Assembly (NCBI GenBank): GCA_025449535.1
Contig: JANWJF010000001.1
Location: 303,344 to 367,343 of the forward strand
Reading direction: 5' to 3'
Source: Candidatus Saccharimonadia bacterium
Lineage (GTDB): Bacteria > Patescibacteriota > SICC01
DNA length: 64,000 bases
A model generated the notes under the pieces. It made no database searches and was not told where the DNA came from. It saw nothing but the letters and a program-made list of their open reading frames with translations. Positions 39,521 to 48,838 of this stretch are shown here, in pieces (the first letter of the stretch is position 1; every line of letters begins with the position of its first letter). The translations under genes and the position numbers were made by a program.

Positions 39521-39859
39521 TTACCGCGCTTCCCCGACGGCCCGACGCTCGATCATGGACAGTACCTCTTCCTTGCTGGCGTATGCCCGATGCTTCAGCA
39601 GCTCGCGCACCTGCTCCTCGACGAACGGATAGCAGACGGCCGGCACCACGACCGCCCACTCCCGGCGCCCCGGGTCGCCTGGCGGCATGGAGATGACGCG
39701 CAGGGCCTCGTCGGGCCTGCACTGCGCATGGCCCATCAGCTCCAAGGCCCGGTCCGGCGAAGCGACGAGTGCGAATACGCATACTTCGGCCGCATCCGCG
39801 GTCTCGACGCCGTTCTCGGCGACTCGTTCGATCAAGGATTGGTGGGGTTCTCGTTCCAT
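39521..39859 (-). CDS. Hypothetical protein downstream of attenuator
   Basis: ATG directly after the terminator U-tract. Confidence 0.6.
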   Translation of the reverse strand: MEREPHQSLIERVAENGVETADAAEVCVFALVASPDRALELMGHAQCRPDEALRVISMPPGDPGRREWAVVVPAVCYPFVEEQVRELLKHRAYASKEEVLSMIERRAVGEAR

Positions 39860-39860
39860 G

Positions 39861-40007
39861 AAAATCAAAAAACCGCCTGGTGGCGGTCGATGAGCGGCTA
39901 CTGGTCAGTACGCGCGTCTCACCGCCGCCGGAGGCGGGTGGCGAGCAGCCCGAGCTGGCGCGTGCGTGTCATACGCACACGATACGGGGTAGCACGCGGG
40001 AAGTAAA
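39861..40007 (-). promoter_or_regulatory. Putative leader-peptide transcription attenuator (uORF 39919-39972, MTRTRQLGLLATRLRRR)
   Basis: Promoter TTTACT-17-TATCGT; alternative hairpins; terminator ACCGCC/GGCGGT + TTTTTGATTTT. Confidence 0.6.
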
Positions 40008-40012
40008 ACGAC

Positions 40013-40741
40013 TCAGGATTCCTGCAGGGCGGTATCCGGGCCCTCGGCTTCGTCCCCAGGCTCCAGCCACTTCGCGATCTGATCGTCATGCCTGGCGGTG
40101 CATTTGAACGCGTCCACCGCCAAGCGGCGGCTGATGCTGGGATGGACCCCGCCGGTCCGCTCCAGCGCGGCGATGACTCGGTGATAATCGAGCAGACTGG
40201 AGACCGGAACCACGCATTCGTGGTTCTTGCCGGCCGCCCGCAGCATCGCGGACCCGCCGATATCGATCTTCGCGGTCGGGTCACCGTCTTCTTGGTACTG
40301 GACGTGCTGCTCGAACGGGTACAGGTGGACGCAGACCAAGTCGATCGGCTCGATGCCCGCCTCCGCCAGTTCCCGCATATGGCCGGGGTCGTCGCGGTCC
40401 GCGAGGATGCCGATGTGGATGCTCGGATGCAGCGTCTTTACCCGGCCGTCGAGGGTCTCCGTGAACCCGATGACCTCCTCCAGGGACTTCACGGGGATTC
40501 CCGCCGCCTGCAAGTCCCGACAGGTGCCCCGCGTGGCAATTAACTCAGCGCCGTGGCGGACCAGATCACGGGCGAACTGCAGGAACGCCTCGTCCCGCTC
40601 GGAGACGCTGAGCAAAGCACGCTGGACCGGCAACTCAGAGCCATCCTTTTCGGGAATCTCCGGCTGCTCCTCGGTCGGCACCTCCGGCTCTTCCACACCG
40701 GGCCGATCGACGACGGGAACTGGCTGTCTGGATCCGTTCAT
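40013..40741 (-). CDS. IMP cyclohydrolase (PurH N-terminal MGS-like domain only)
   Basis: RALLSVS, GRVKTLHP, LYPF, IDIGG; ends before the AICAR transformylase domain. Confidence 0.85.
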   Translation of the reverse strand: MNGSRQPVPVVDRPGVEEPEVPTEEQPEIPEKDGSELPVQRALLSVSERDEAFLQFARDLVRHGAELIATRGTCRDLQAAGIPVKSLEEVIGFTETLDGRVKTLHPSIHIGILADRDDPGHMRELAEAGIEPIDLVCVHLYPFEQHVQYQEDGDPTAKIDIGGSAMLRAAGKNHECVVPVSSLLDYHRVIAALERTGGVHPSISRRLAVDAFKCTARHDDQIAKWLEPGDEAEGPDTALQES

Positions 40742-40783
40742 GACCAATCATGCTACCACCGCCGCACGCATGGCAGGCAACCG

Positions 40784-41290
40784 CTACGCGGACTCGGCCG
40801 GCGTTTCACGCGCATAATCATCCGCCAGACGAACGATGTCGTCCTCATCCGATGGATGCTCCGGATCGGTGTGCGTCCAGATCTCGGCCACGATACCCCA
40901 ACTATCCAAGCCGATCAGACGGTGCCGCTCGCCCTGGACGATCTCGACTTCCTCACCTTCCTGCAGGACCCGCGGTTCGACTTCATCGTCCGTTTCCGAG
41001 ACCGCTACGCCGACCGGCCCGCGCAGGACATGCCAATGCTCGCTCCGCCGGTGATGGAACTGCCAGGACAACCGTTCGCCGGGACCGACGATCAGCAGCT
41101 TGGGGCTTCGTTTGAGGTCATCGCCAGGCAGCTCGAGCTTCGGAAAGAACGCCGTGGCAAATTCCCTGACCTCCGATTCACCAAACACCAGGAACCCGCC
41201 CCAGGGACGTTCCAGGTCTCGGTCCACGACCTTCACGCCGGCATCAGCGGCGATCTTTTCGGCTTCGGAAAGCGTTTTCTGTTCAACCAT
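40784..41290 (-). CDS. Mannose-6-phosphate isomerase-type cupin
   Basis: RPWGG, RLSWQFHHRRSEHW, EDDIVRLADDY. Confidence 0.88.
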   Translation of the reverse strand: MVEQKTLSEAEKIAADAGVKVVDRDLERPWGGFLVFGESEVREFATAFFPKLELPGDDLKRSPKLLIVGPGERLSWQFHHRRSEHWHVLRGPVGVAVSETDDEVEPRVLQEGEEVEIVQGERHRLIGLDSWGIVAEIWTHTDPEHPSDEDDIVRLADDYARETPAESA

Positions 41291-41358
41291 GGCTACCCGG
41301 CCATTCTACACGCATCGCGGAGACGGTTCCGGACCCGAAGCGGGTATACTGGACCGTT

Positions 41359-42279
41359 ATGAATCCTGGCGATAAAACAACCGAACTCGACGAACGCCGG
41401 TTCGCGGCGGCGCTGGAAGGCGACGCACCGACGCGGGCCGACGCGGCGGCCGCGCTCGTCGAACAGGGGGATTACGAGCGTGCCGAGCAGCTTTTGGCAC
41501 CGTTGTTCGACGATTGGGCCGAGGAGTCGGACCGCTGCGAGCACATGCTGAACCTGATGCTGCTCGACGAATCTTACTTTCCGCCGGAGGTCGAGCGGGA
41601 TGAGGACGATTGCCTGGTCTTCGTGACGAAAGGCCGGATCAGCGCGCTGATGGCCGAATGCGTCACGCAGACCCGGTCATACGGCTCCGACGACTTCCAG
41701 GTACGGGAGACCTGCCGCTACCTCTGGTACCGGGCCGCCGAGCACTACAGCGGCGCCATGGGGTACGAGTTCGACGACGGGAACTTCGAGTTCCACCCTT
41801 TGCAGCACGAGGCGGCGCTGGGAGCGGTCCGGGCCGCGCACGCGCGGTTGGGTTCGTTCGTGGAACATCCCGACGATGACTCTGCGTGGGACCGCATCGG
41901 CTTGAACCAGATCGGCCGCCTGATCGGCAACCCGCCGCCTGAGATCGTCAAGCTCGAACAGGAAGGGAATTATCCGCTGACCCGCGCCTGGGTAGCGTAC
42001 ATCGTCGAATCCCGCGACTTCGGCGTCGCCCGACGTGCTGACGGGGCTATCTCGGCAAAAGAGCTACGATTCGACCAACTGGAGGGGGCTGCCTGGATGC
42101 TGGACGGTGCACTGAGCCGGACAGGTTACGAAGTCGCCGAGTCGCTCAGGCAACCGGTCTGCGAACGATTAGGCGAGATCATCGCCGAACTGGAGGCATC
42201 GGATCGGTACGGCGGTATCGAGCCGTACCGGCGCGACATGATTGAAAAGGCCAAACGGGAGATAGCCAAGTTGCTATAG
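41359..42279 (+). CDS. Acidic hypothetical protein (helical/TPR-like)
   Basis: Clean ORF, host-like codon usage, TATACT 8 nt upstream. Confidence 0.7.
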   Translation: MNPGDKTTELDERRFAAALEGDAPTRADAAAALVEQGDYERAEQLLAPLFDDWAEESDRCEHMLNLMLLDESYFPPEVERDEDDCLVFVTKGRISALMAECVTQTRSYGSDDFQVRETCRYLWYRAAEHYSGAMGYEFDDGNFEFHPLQHEAALGAVRAAHARLGSFVEHPDDDSAWDRIGLNQIGRLIGNPPPEIVKLEQEGNYPLTRAWVAYIVESRDFGVARRADGAISAKELRFDQLEGAAWMLDGALSRTGYEVAESLRQPVCERLGEIIAELEASDRYGGIEPYRRDMIEKAKREIAKLL

Positions 42280-42293
42280 GTACGGTTTGGGTG

Positions 42294-42366
42294 TGCCCCG
42301 GGAGGGTCTCGAACCCCCGACACATGGGTTAAAAGCCCACTGCTCTGCCAACTGAGCTACCGGGGC
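42294..42366 (-). tRNA. tRNA-Lys(TTT), CCA not encoded
   Basis: GCCCCGGTAGCTCAGTTGG...CT-TTT-AA...GGTTCGAGACC...CCGGGGCA. Confidence 0.93.
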
Positions 42367-42447
42367 AGCCGTTTCATCTTACCTCAAGCGCCGGCTACCT
42401 CGTGTCAGGAAACGCTTAGTATCCAGAAATAAGGAATTCCCTCGGTC

Positions 42448-42470
42448 AAAAAAACGCCGAGAAGGCGTTT
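42448..42470 (-). terminator. Intrinsic terminator
   Basis: AAACGCC-TTCTC-GGCGTTTTTTT. Confidence 0.7.
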
Positions 42471-42496
42471 CCAGCACGACGGTAGCTGGCGCGACC

Positions 42497-43024
42497 TTAC
42501 TCTTCTTCGGGATCGTTCACGAACATCATCACGACGATCGGCAGCACCGCCCATATGAAGAGCGCCGTGTTCGTGGCGAAGAGGTTGCTCGTGAACGGCA
42601 GCAGTCCGGCCTGTCGCGCCTCAGGCACGAACGACAGCACTATCGCCACCAGCAGACCGGCGTGCAGGATCGAGAACGCGATGATCTGCCAGGCCTTGCC
42701 TTGGACTTCCTGGGCCGCGAAGGCCTTGCGGAGCGCCGAGTTGGACAGGAAGAAGAAGATCAGGAGCATCGTGGCGATGAACGCCGTGATCTGGACGATG
42801 AAGAACGGGCTGGAGCCGACCGTCACCGATTGGGAGCCTTGCAGGAACGGCGCCGTCTCGACCAGCGCCAGCGCCATGTAGGTGCTGATCAGCAGTACCA
42901 TGATCCGCGACCGCCCCAGCGTGAAGCCGTAGACGAACGTCGCGACGATGAAGAACAAAAAGATGAACAAATCCCAGCTGGGGCTGTTTACATCAAGTCC
43001 GGTCAAGAATTGTACGGGTATCAT
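42497..43024 (-). CDS. Multi-TM membrane protein
   Basis: Four to five hydrophobic helices. Confidence 0.75.
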   Translation of the reverse strand: MIPVQFLTGLDVNSPSWDLFIFLFFIVATFVYGFTLGRSRIMVLLISTYMALALVETAPFLQGSQSVTVGSSPFFIVQITAFIATMLLIFFFLSNSALRKAFAAQEVQGKAWQIIAFSILHAGLLVAIVLSFVPEARQAGLLPFTSNLFATNTALFIWAVLPIVVMMFVNDPEEE

Positions 43025-43203
43025 GTTTCTTTTTGCCCCTGGGCGGTTTTCCCAAAGTTAGTCTCATACTATACGCCTGAGGCGCCAAAGCACAACAACC
43101 GAACAAGAGAACAAAATCAAGAAGCGTCCAAGAGCCGCGGGAGCGATGATGGACGCTTCGGGGTGGCTTCCCCGGCCGGATTGCCGGGGAAGCCGAAAGG
43201 CCG

Positions 43204-43824
43204 CTATTGGTGCTTGATGGCAAGATAGTCGATGTCCGGTTTCACCATGTCGGCACTACCAACATGCAGGCTTGAACCTTTCATGATGGGTATGGCGCGA
43301 GATCCCCCTTTGGATCCCGGCAACGTCCCTACCGTTCCCAACACACCGACGGGCTTTCTGTCGAACATCCAGGGATGTTCGATGTAGCAAAAGATCAGCT
43401 CCTCGAGCACTGCCGGACGCAATTTATGACGTACCGTTTCTTCTCGCAGTTGCTTTGACTCGATCGAACCTGATCGAACTGTTACCAGCCTGGCCCTGTG
43501 CCACCCAGGACTCACAACGAAGGGCGCTGCGTCTGGCCAGTCGTGCTTTCGGAACTCGTCCGTTAGCTCGATTCCAGGCGTTCGAAGCAATCGTGCCAGT
43601 TCGTCATGAGGGGGTCCCTCTACCGGGAACGCGAACGGGTCGTCGGCGGTCGCTAGTACCAACAGGTCCGCGATTTTCTCAGCAAGACCCTCCTCGCTGC
43701 GCAATCGCAGAAAGTGCTCCCCCGTGCCGCCGAGGTCGCTGACCGCATGAGCAATTCTTCTCGCAACTTCGTAGTCTGCACCGAAGCCGAGTTCCTTCAG
43801 GATAGATATTCCTGTGTCAGGCAT
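43204..43824 (-). CDS. Hypothetical protein with RPAxLEEL motif (CLec-like CPR family, inference)
   Basis: LRPAVLEELIF..HP..PVGVLG...YLAIK; GGAG SD before ATG 43824. Confidence 0.65.
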   Translation of the reverse strand: MPDTGISILKELGFGADYEVARRIAHAVSDLGGTGEHFLRLRSEEGLAEKIADLLVLATADDPFAFPVEGPPHDELARLLRTPGIELTDEFRKHDWPDAAPFVVSPGWHRARLVTVRSGSIESKQLREETVRHKLRPAVLEELIFCYIEHPWMFDRKPVGVLGTVGTLPGSKGGSRAIPIMKGSSLHVGSADMVKPDIDYLAIKHQ

Positions 43825-44044
43825 TTCTTTCTCCACTCTCAGGCGTACTGCGTGCCCTACACGAGGGTTACAGCGTACCTGTTCCGATACTTTCGCTGCG
43901 TACTCCGTGACTACAGGAGCGTACAGCCTATTGTTGCCTTGGCGGTTGCCGCAGCGGTCGACGAACGAGACTCGCGCGCCCGCCGCTACGGCTTCGCGAT
44001 GTTAACGAGCCGATAAAAATACCACCACTTGGCTTTTTTATCAA

Positions 44045-45187
44045 TCAGAGCCCGAGCTTGTCCAGGAAGCCCTTCTTCGGCTTGGGTCCTTCCTTCTTCC
44101 CGAGCTCCTCGACCAACCGCTTTTCCTCGGCCGTCAGCTTCTTCGGCACGGAGACGTGGACCGTCACCTTGAGGTCGCCCGCGCCGGCCGCGTTCAGCTT
44201 GGGCATGCCCGCCCCCTTGATCGTGAACGTCTCGCCGCTCTGGGTGCCGGCCGATATCTTGAGCTCCGTCTTGCCGGTGGCCGTCGGTACCTCGACCCGG
44301 TCGCCGAGCACGGCCTGCGGGAAGCTGATCGGGACGGTCACGCCGAGCGTAAAACCGTTACGCTCGAACATCTTCGACGGCTTCACGTGGACGATCACGT
44401 AGGCGTGGCCGGACGGCGCGCCGCGCTGACCCGCCTCGCCGGCGCCCTGGATCCGGATCGTCTGACCCTCGTCGATGCCGGGCGGGATCTCCACGGTCAG
44501 CGTCTCCTTCTTCTGCTTCCGGCCTTCGCCGCCGCAATCCGGGCACGGCTTCTCCGGCCGCTTGCCCTCGCCATGGCACTCCGGGCACTCCGTGACCTGT
44601 GCCATCGTGCCCAGCACCGTCCGCCGGGTGACCTGGACCTGCCCCTGGCCGCCACAGCGTTCGCAGGTGACGATCTTCGCTCCCTTCGCCGCGCCGGTGC
44701 CGCCGCAGGTCTCGCAGGTCGTCCGCCGGTCGATCGTGAGCTCCTTGGTCGTGCCTTTGACGGCCTCGTCGAAGCCGATGGTGACCGTCATCTGGAGGTC
44801 GGAGCCGCGGGACGGTCCGCGCTGCCGCGTGCCGCCGCCGAACCCGCCGGTGAACATCTGCTCGAAAATGTCGCCGAGGTTGCCGAAGTCGAATCCCTGG
44901 GCATTGAAGTCGTTCGGATTGAATCCGCCGAATCCCGCGCCGCCCGGCCCACCGCCGGCGCCCTGGGCACCGGTTTTGCCGAACTGGTCGTAGGCCGACC
45001 GCTTCTGCTGGTCGGACAGCACCTCGTAGGCTTCCTGTACCTCTTTGAACTTGCGTTCGTCTTCCTTGGTACCGCCCTTGTCCGGGTGGTACTTGTGGGC
45101 GAGCTTCCGGTACGCCTTTTTGATGTCGGCGACGGAGGCGTCCTTGCCGACGCCCAAGATATCGTAATAATCCCTGCTGGTAGGCAT
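44045..45187 (-). CDS. dnaJ: Chaperone DnaJ
   Basis: HPD motif, G/F region, four CxxCxGxG repeats. Confidence 0.97.
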   Translation of the reverse strand: MPTSRDYYDILGVGKDASVADIKKAYRKLAHKYHPDKGGTKEDERKFKEVQEAYEVLSDQQKRSAYDQFGKTGAQGAGGGPGGAGFGGFNPNDFNAQGFDFGNLGDIFEQMFTGGFGGGTRQRGPSRGSDLQMTVTIGFDEAVKGTTKELTIDRRTTCETCGGTGAAKGAKIVTCERCGGQGQVQVTRRTVLGTMAQVTECPECHGEGKRPEKPCPDCGGEGRKQKKETLTVEIPPGIDEGQTIRIQGAGEAGQRGAPSGHAYVIVHVKPSKMFERNGFTLGVTVPISFPQAVLGDRVEVPTATGKTELKISAGTQSGETFTIKGAGMPKLNAAGAGDLKVTVHVSVPKKLTAEEKRLVEELGKKEGPKPKKGFLDKLGL

Positions 45188-45226
45188 AGCGTTCCCAGTC
45201 TACGGAAAAACCGCCGCGCAGTCAGG

Positions 45227-46264
45227 TCAGAACGGCAAGCCGAGGATCTTCGGGTCCACTACCATCCCGAACAGCATCCCGACCACCAGCGCCGCCAGGA
45301 CCATCAGCACGATGATGATGTTCTTCACGGACGCCGAGGCGTAGCTGGCGTAGGCCGCCAGGTTGGGCGGCTTGATTGAGCCGGCGATCATACCGATCAC
45401 GAATCCAGTGAACGCGCTCCAGCCGAAGGCGGCAGCGGGTTGGCCGGAAGCGGTCAGGATCACGCCGAGTCCGGCGCCGACGAACGCGCCCACTGCGCCG
45501 ACCTCGGCGCCCCGGACCAGCGTGTAGAACAGGTTGAACCGGCCGGCCCCGGAGCGGAGCTTGTCGACCGTGTCGCCGTCGGAACCGGCCACCGCGCCGG
45601 CCAGCACGCCGAGCAGGATTAGCGGCAGGGTGAACGCCTTGGTATCCGCGGCGGCGTCGATCGATCCGCCGAGCAGCCCGCCGTAGTACGCCAGGCCGAG
45701 GCTCATCAGGATCGTCCGCGCCAAGGTGTAGCTCCGTCCCAGCCAGCCCGTCCCCAGGAACGACTCCACCTTGAAGTTGTAGTCCGCTCCCCACAGCAAG
45801 CCGACCAAGAGGCCCGGGATCGCGCCCTGCACCGCTTCCGACACAAGCAGCTTGGATTCGGTCAGGAATCCGAGCGCCGCCGCTAGCAGACCGCCGGCCA
45901 GCGCCGCGATCAGCCCGAACATGAACGTCCGGAGCAACGCCGCGCGGAGCAACGCCCGGCGGTACGGGCTTTCCGCCGCCGCCGCCTCGGCCTGGGTCGC
46001 CCCGGACGGAGCGCCGCCGGCCGGGGCGGGTCCGCCATGCCGGACACCGGTATCGGAGAGCGACTGGTCGTAGTCGGCACGCTTCAGTGAATCCGACAGC
46101 GTGCCATACGCCTCGTTGATCTTCTTGAACCGCTCCTCAGCCTCCGGTCCTTTGTTGACGTCGGGATGGTACTCTCGCGCCAACGTCCGGTACGCCTTCT
46201 TGATGTCGTCTTCCGTGGCTGTCCGTGAGACGCCGAGAATGCCGTAATAGGTTTCCTTCGCCAT
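45227..46264 (-). CDS. J-domain protein with multi-TM C-terminus
   Basis: YHPD J-domain followed by about 8 Gly-rich TMs. Confidence 0.85.
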   Translation of the reverse strand: MAKETYYGILGVSRTATEDDIKKAYRTLAREYHPDVNKGPEAEERFKKINEAYGTLSDSLKRADYDQSLSDTGVRHGGPAPAGGAPSGATQAEAAAAESPYRRALLRAALLRTFMFGLIAALAGGLLAAALGFLTESKLLVSEAVQGAIPGLLVGLLWGADYNFKVESFLGTGWLGRSYTLARTILMSLGLAYYGGLLGGSIDAAADTKAFTLPLILLGVLAGAVAGSDGDTVDKLRSGAGRFNLFYTLVRGAEVGAVGAFVGAGLGVILTASGQPAAAFGWSAFTGFVIGMIAGSIKPPNLAAYASYASASVKNIIIVLMVLAALVVGMLFGMVVDPKILGLPF

Positions 46265-46274
46265 TACTTACAGC

Positions 46275-46706
46275 CTACCGTACTTGGCCGGGCCATTTGA
46301 TCGCCGGGCTATAGGTCTCGTGGTTCCGCGCGTAACACAGACGGCCGAGCCCGACCAGGATCGTCGCGTCGATCCGTAACCCATGTTCCTCGCTGGCACC
46401 GAACAGTTCGCGGAGCCGTTCGGAGAGCCGGACTTTGGTAGGAGGATTTTCCTCGCGTAAGAACGGGACCCCCGCATCCCGGAACGTTTGCCCCATGAGC
46501 GATCCTCTCCTGATCTTTCGGTCGATCGCCGGGTAGGCAGCGGCGCCCGCCGGGTCGAACGAGACGACCGCGTATTCCAGGACTTGCCCGGTGCGCCGTA
46601 CCTTGACCGCTACTTCGCGCCGTCGGCGGGTCTGCGAGAGCACCTCGGCATGCACCGGTCCGAACTGGGCTTCCATGATATCGGTCGTGAGTAAGTAAGG
46701 ATTCAT
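46275..46706 (-). CDS. Chorismate-lyase-like (UbiC/DUF98/UTRA fold) protein
   Basis: RREV...VLEYAVVSF...GSLMGQTF...ETYSP pattern. Confidence 0.5.
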   Translation of the reverse strand: MNPYLLTTDIMEAQFGPVHAEVLSQTRRRREVAVKVRRTGQVLEYAVVSFDPAGAAAYPAIDRKIRRGSLMGQTFRDAGVPFLREENPPTKVRLSERLRELFGASEEHGLRIDATILVGLGRLCYARNHETYSPAIKWPGQVR

Positions 46707-46715
46707 AGTTAGTCA

Positions 46716-47363
46716 TTATGCTGGTGCTTCCATCCGGAACACCAGTGCCGTGCGACTGCCTCCCGCGTTGCCACCGCTGACCTGGTGGAGCGGCCGGCCG
46801 TCCTCCATCCCCGCGAATCCCGGGGCGCGCATCAGCATCAGGTCCCCCGGCGTGGTCTCCCAGCTGCGTATGATCGGCGCGGCGCGGCGCGCGTTCACCA
46901 CCTTGTGCGAGGGCAGCTTCCGTTTCGGATCCGGGTCCTCGACAAGCGAGAACTCGGCCGATCCGTGGACGGTCAGGGCCGCGATCAGGACGCGGTACTT
47001 CTTGAGGTCGTAATGCGGCGTGATCCCGACCTCCCCCGCCGCGTAACGGTGTACCGACACGTGTTCCGGATCGTAGTCCTCGAACCATTGAAGGCTTTCG
47101 GCGATCGCGCGCACGATCGGATGACGTGGGAACGGCGGATGCAGCTCGTAGCTCTCGATGTTCTGGATCGACCTCCCATAGTCCCGTTCCTGCGGCTCGA
47201 ACTCCGCGGCGGCCAGCTCTACCAGTAAGGGATGGAGCAGCTCCTCGGGAACGTAGCCCGGCAAGAACGCCGCCCCGTCGCGCCGCAGGCCTACCCAGGC
47301 CTCCGCGAACGTCCCGCGTTCGGGCAGCGGGAACTCGGCCTGTCGGTCAGGTACGGTATCGGT
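46716..47363 (-). CDS. 2OG-Fe(II) oxygenase (AlkB-like); no clear start codon
   Basis: HRY..GITPHYD...RPLHQV...RTALVFR. Confidence 0.7.
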   Translation of the reverse strand, partial: TDTVPDRQAEFPLPERGTFAEAWVGLRRDGAAFLPGYVPEELLHPLLVELAAAEFEPQERDYGRSIQNIESYELHPPFPRHPIVRAIAESLQWFEDYDPEHVSVHRYAAGEVGITPHYDLKKYRVLIAALTVHGSAEFSLVEDPDPKRKLPSHKVVNARRAAPIIRSWETTPGDLMLMRAPGFAGMEDGRPLHQVSGGNAGGSRTALVFRMEAPA

Positions 47364-47862
47364 CCCCCTTTCTCGATTCGACGGTCTTCGTGACGATACC
47401 CGCCTGCCGCACGCCGCGCATCCGCATACAGAAGTGCTCCGCCGCGACCTCGACCCGCAACGCTCTCGGCTCCAGGGTCCGTTCCAACGCATCGGAAATC
47501 TGCCGGGTCAGCCGTTCCTGCGTCTGCAGGCGTCGGCCGAAGATCGAGACGACCCTCGCGAACTTCGACAGGCCGAGGATCCGGTCTGCCGGTTCGTACC
47601 GGACGGTCACCTCGCCCGCGAACGGCAGGACGTGGTGCTGGCACAGGCTCGTGAACGGGATCGGCCCGACCGTCAGCTCGCCGGAGAACCCGGCGGCGTC
47701 GAAGGTCCGGACCTGGTCCTCGGTCCGTTCCCGGTACCCGCCGACCAGCTCGCGATACGAATCCGCCACGCGGGCGGGCGTGGCGTCGGGTAATTCTGAT
47801 TGGGGAACTCCGGAGCGTTGCAGCAATTCGCGGACGAGATCCGCGGTCGAAAGGAAGTTCAG
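47347..47862 (-). CDS. folE: GTP cyclohydrolase I; non-canonical start and possibly frameshifted end
   Basis: TPARVA, SLCQHHVLPF, GLSKFAR, RLQTQERLT, HFCMRMRG. Confidence 0.85.
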   Translation of the reverse strand: MNFLSTADLVRELLQRSGVPQSELPDATPARVADSYRELVGGYRERTEDQVRTFDAAGFSGELTVGPIPFTSLCQHHVLPFAGEVTVRYEPADRILGLSKFARVVSIFGRRLQTQERLTRQISDALERTLEPRALRVEVAAEHFCMRMRGVRQAGIVTKTVESRKGDRYRT

Positions 47863-47964
47863 CTTGGCGTGTGCGTGCCCATTGAAAGTATCTCCAGCTT
47901 ACCATGGCGCTTCGTGCGAGGGACCTCGTACGGTACGCTTATTGGACGGGGGCAAGGATACGTC

Positions 47965-48834
47965 ATGCCCAAGAAGCCCCAAAAAGACCTGTTTTCCGAC
48001 GCTGCCGTCCCCGAGACGGAAGCTCTGGCCGCCGACCGGCGGCAGGCGGAGCTATGGGAGTACGCCGAACTGCCGCTAGGGGCCTCGGTGGCACGGGTCC
48101 TCCGCGAGACCCCGACCCGAGAATGCTTACGTCATGCCAGGATGGCGCTCCGGGCCGGAGCCCCGGAACTAGCGTACGAGATTTACCGCGTCGCGATCGA
48201 ACATGCGTGGGGCTTCGAGAAGACGGCCGGCGAGCATGATCCGGTCGAACGGGCCTGGGGCCACGCGGGATGCGCCGCCTGCTGCGAAAAGCTCGGCTGG
48301 TCCGGACTGAAGGAGGACCACCTGCTGCTCGGATTGCAGGACCTGGCCATCGGGACCCAGGGACGGCATCCCCGCTACCGCCACGTATTGCCCGCCCGGG
48401 ACATCGAGCAGGACCGGTACGCCGCCCGGGTCTGCTTCGTGGCCGTGAAGCTGACGGGCGACGGCGCGGTATACGAGCGGTACGAGGAGATCTGCGAAGC
48501 GCTCCAGGACTTTTGGACGAAGCGGTACCGCGGATCCAACGCCGAGCAGGAACTGTACGACCGGATCGGCGAAGTCTCTCAGTGGGCCGAATGGACGAAC
48601 CGCTCCGACGAGCCCGGGCAGAAGACGATCTTTCCCGAAAGCGAGGCGCACCGCACGCCGCAACGACAGCGCGAGCCCTCGGAACTGATCAGGAGCGAAT
48701 CGGCGGACCGGGCGGACGGTCCCGTGCCGCAGCTCGAGCTGTTCGAACGCGCGGAGCTCCCAGCCTTGAACCACGTATCCACCGCACTAGAGCAGGCGGA
48801 GGGAGCGGAGCCGGCCGGGCCCGACGGCGGATGA
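47965..48834 (+). CDS. Hypothetical protein (TPR-like)
   Basis: Clean ORF with host-like codon usage. Confidence 0.6.
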   Translation: MPKKPQKDLFSDAAVPETEALAADRRQAELWEYAELPLGASVARVLRETPTRECLRHARMALRAGAPELAYEIYRVAIEHAWGFEKTAGEHDPVERAWGHAGCAACCEKLGWSGLKEDHLLLGLQDLAIGTQGRHPRYRHVLPARDIEQDRYAARVCFVAVKLTGDGAVYERYEEICEALQDFWTKRYRGSNAEQELYDRIGEVSQWAEWTNRSDEPGQKTIFPESEAHRTPQRQREPSELIRSESADRADGPVPQLELFERAELPALNHVSTALEQAEGAEPAGPDGG

Positions 48835-48838
48835 CGCC

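Noticed and set aside
42279-42497. tRNA-Lys as an integration site of an island
   Set aside because: No integrase and no duplicated tRNA 3' end seen in the window
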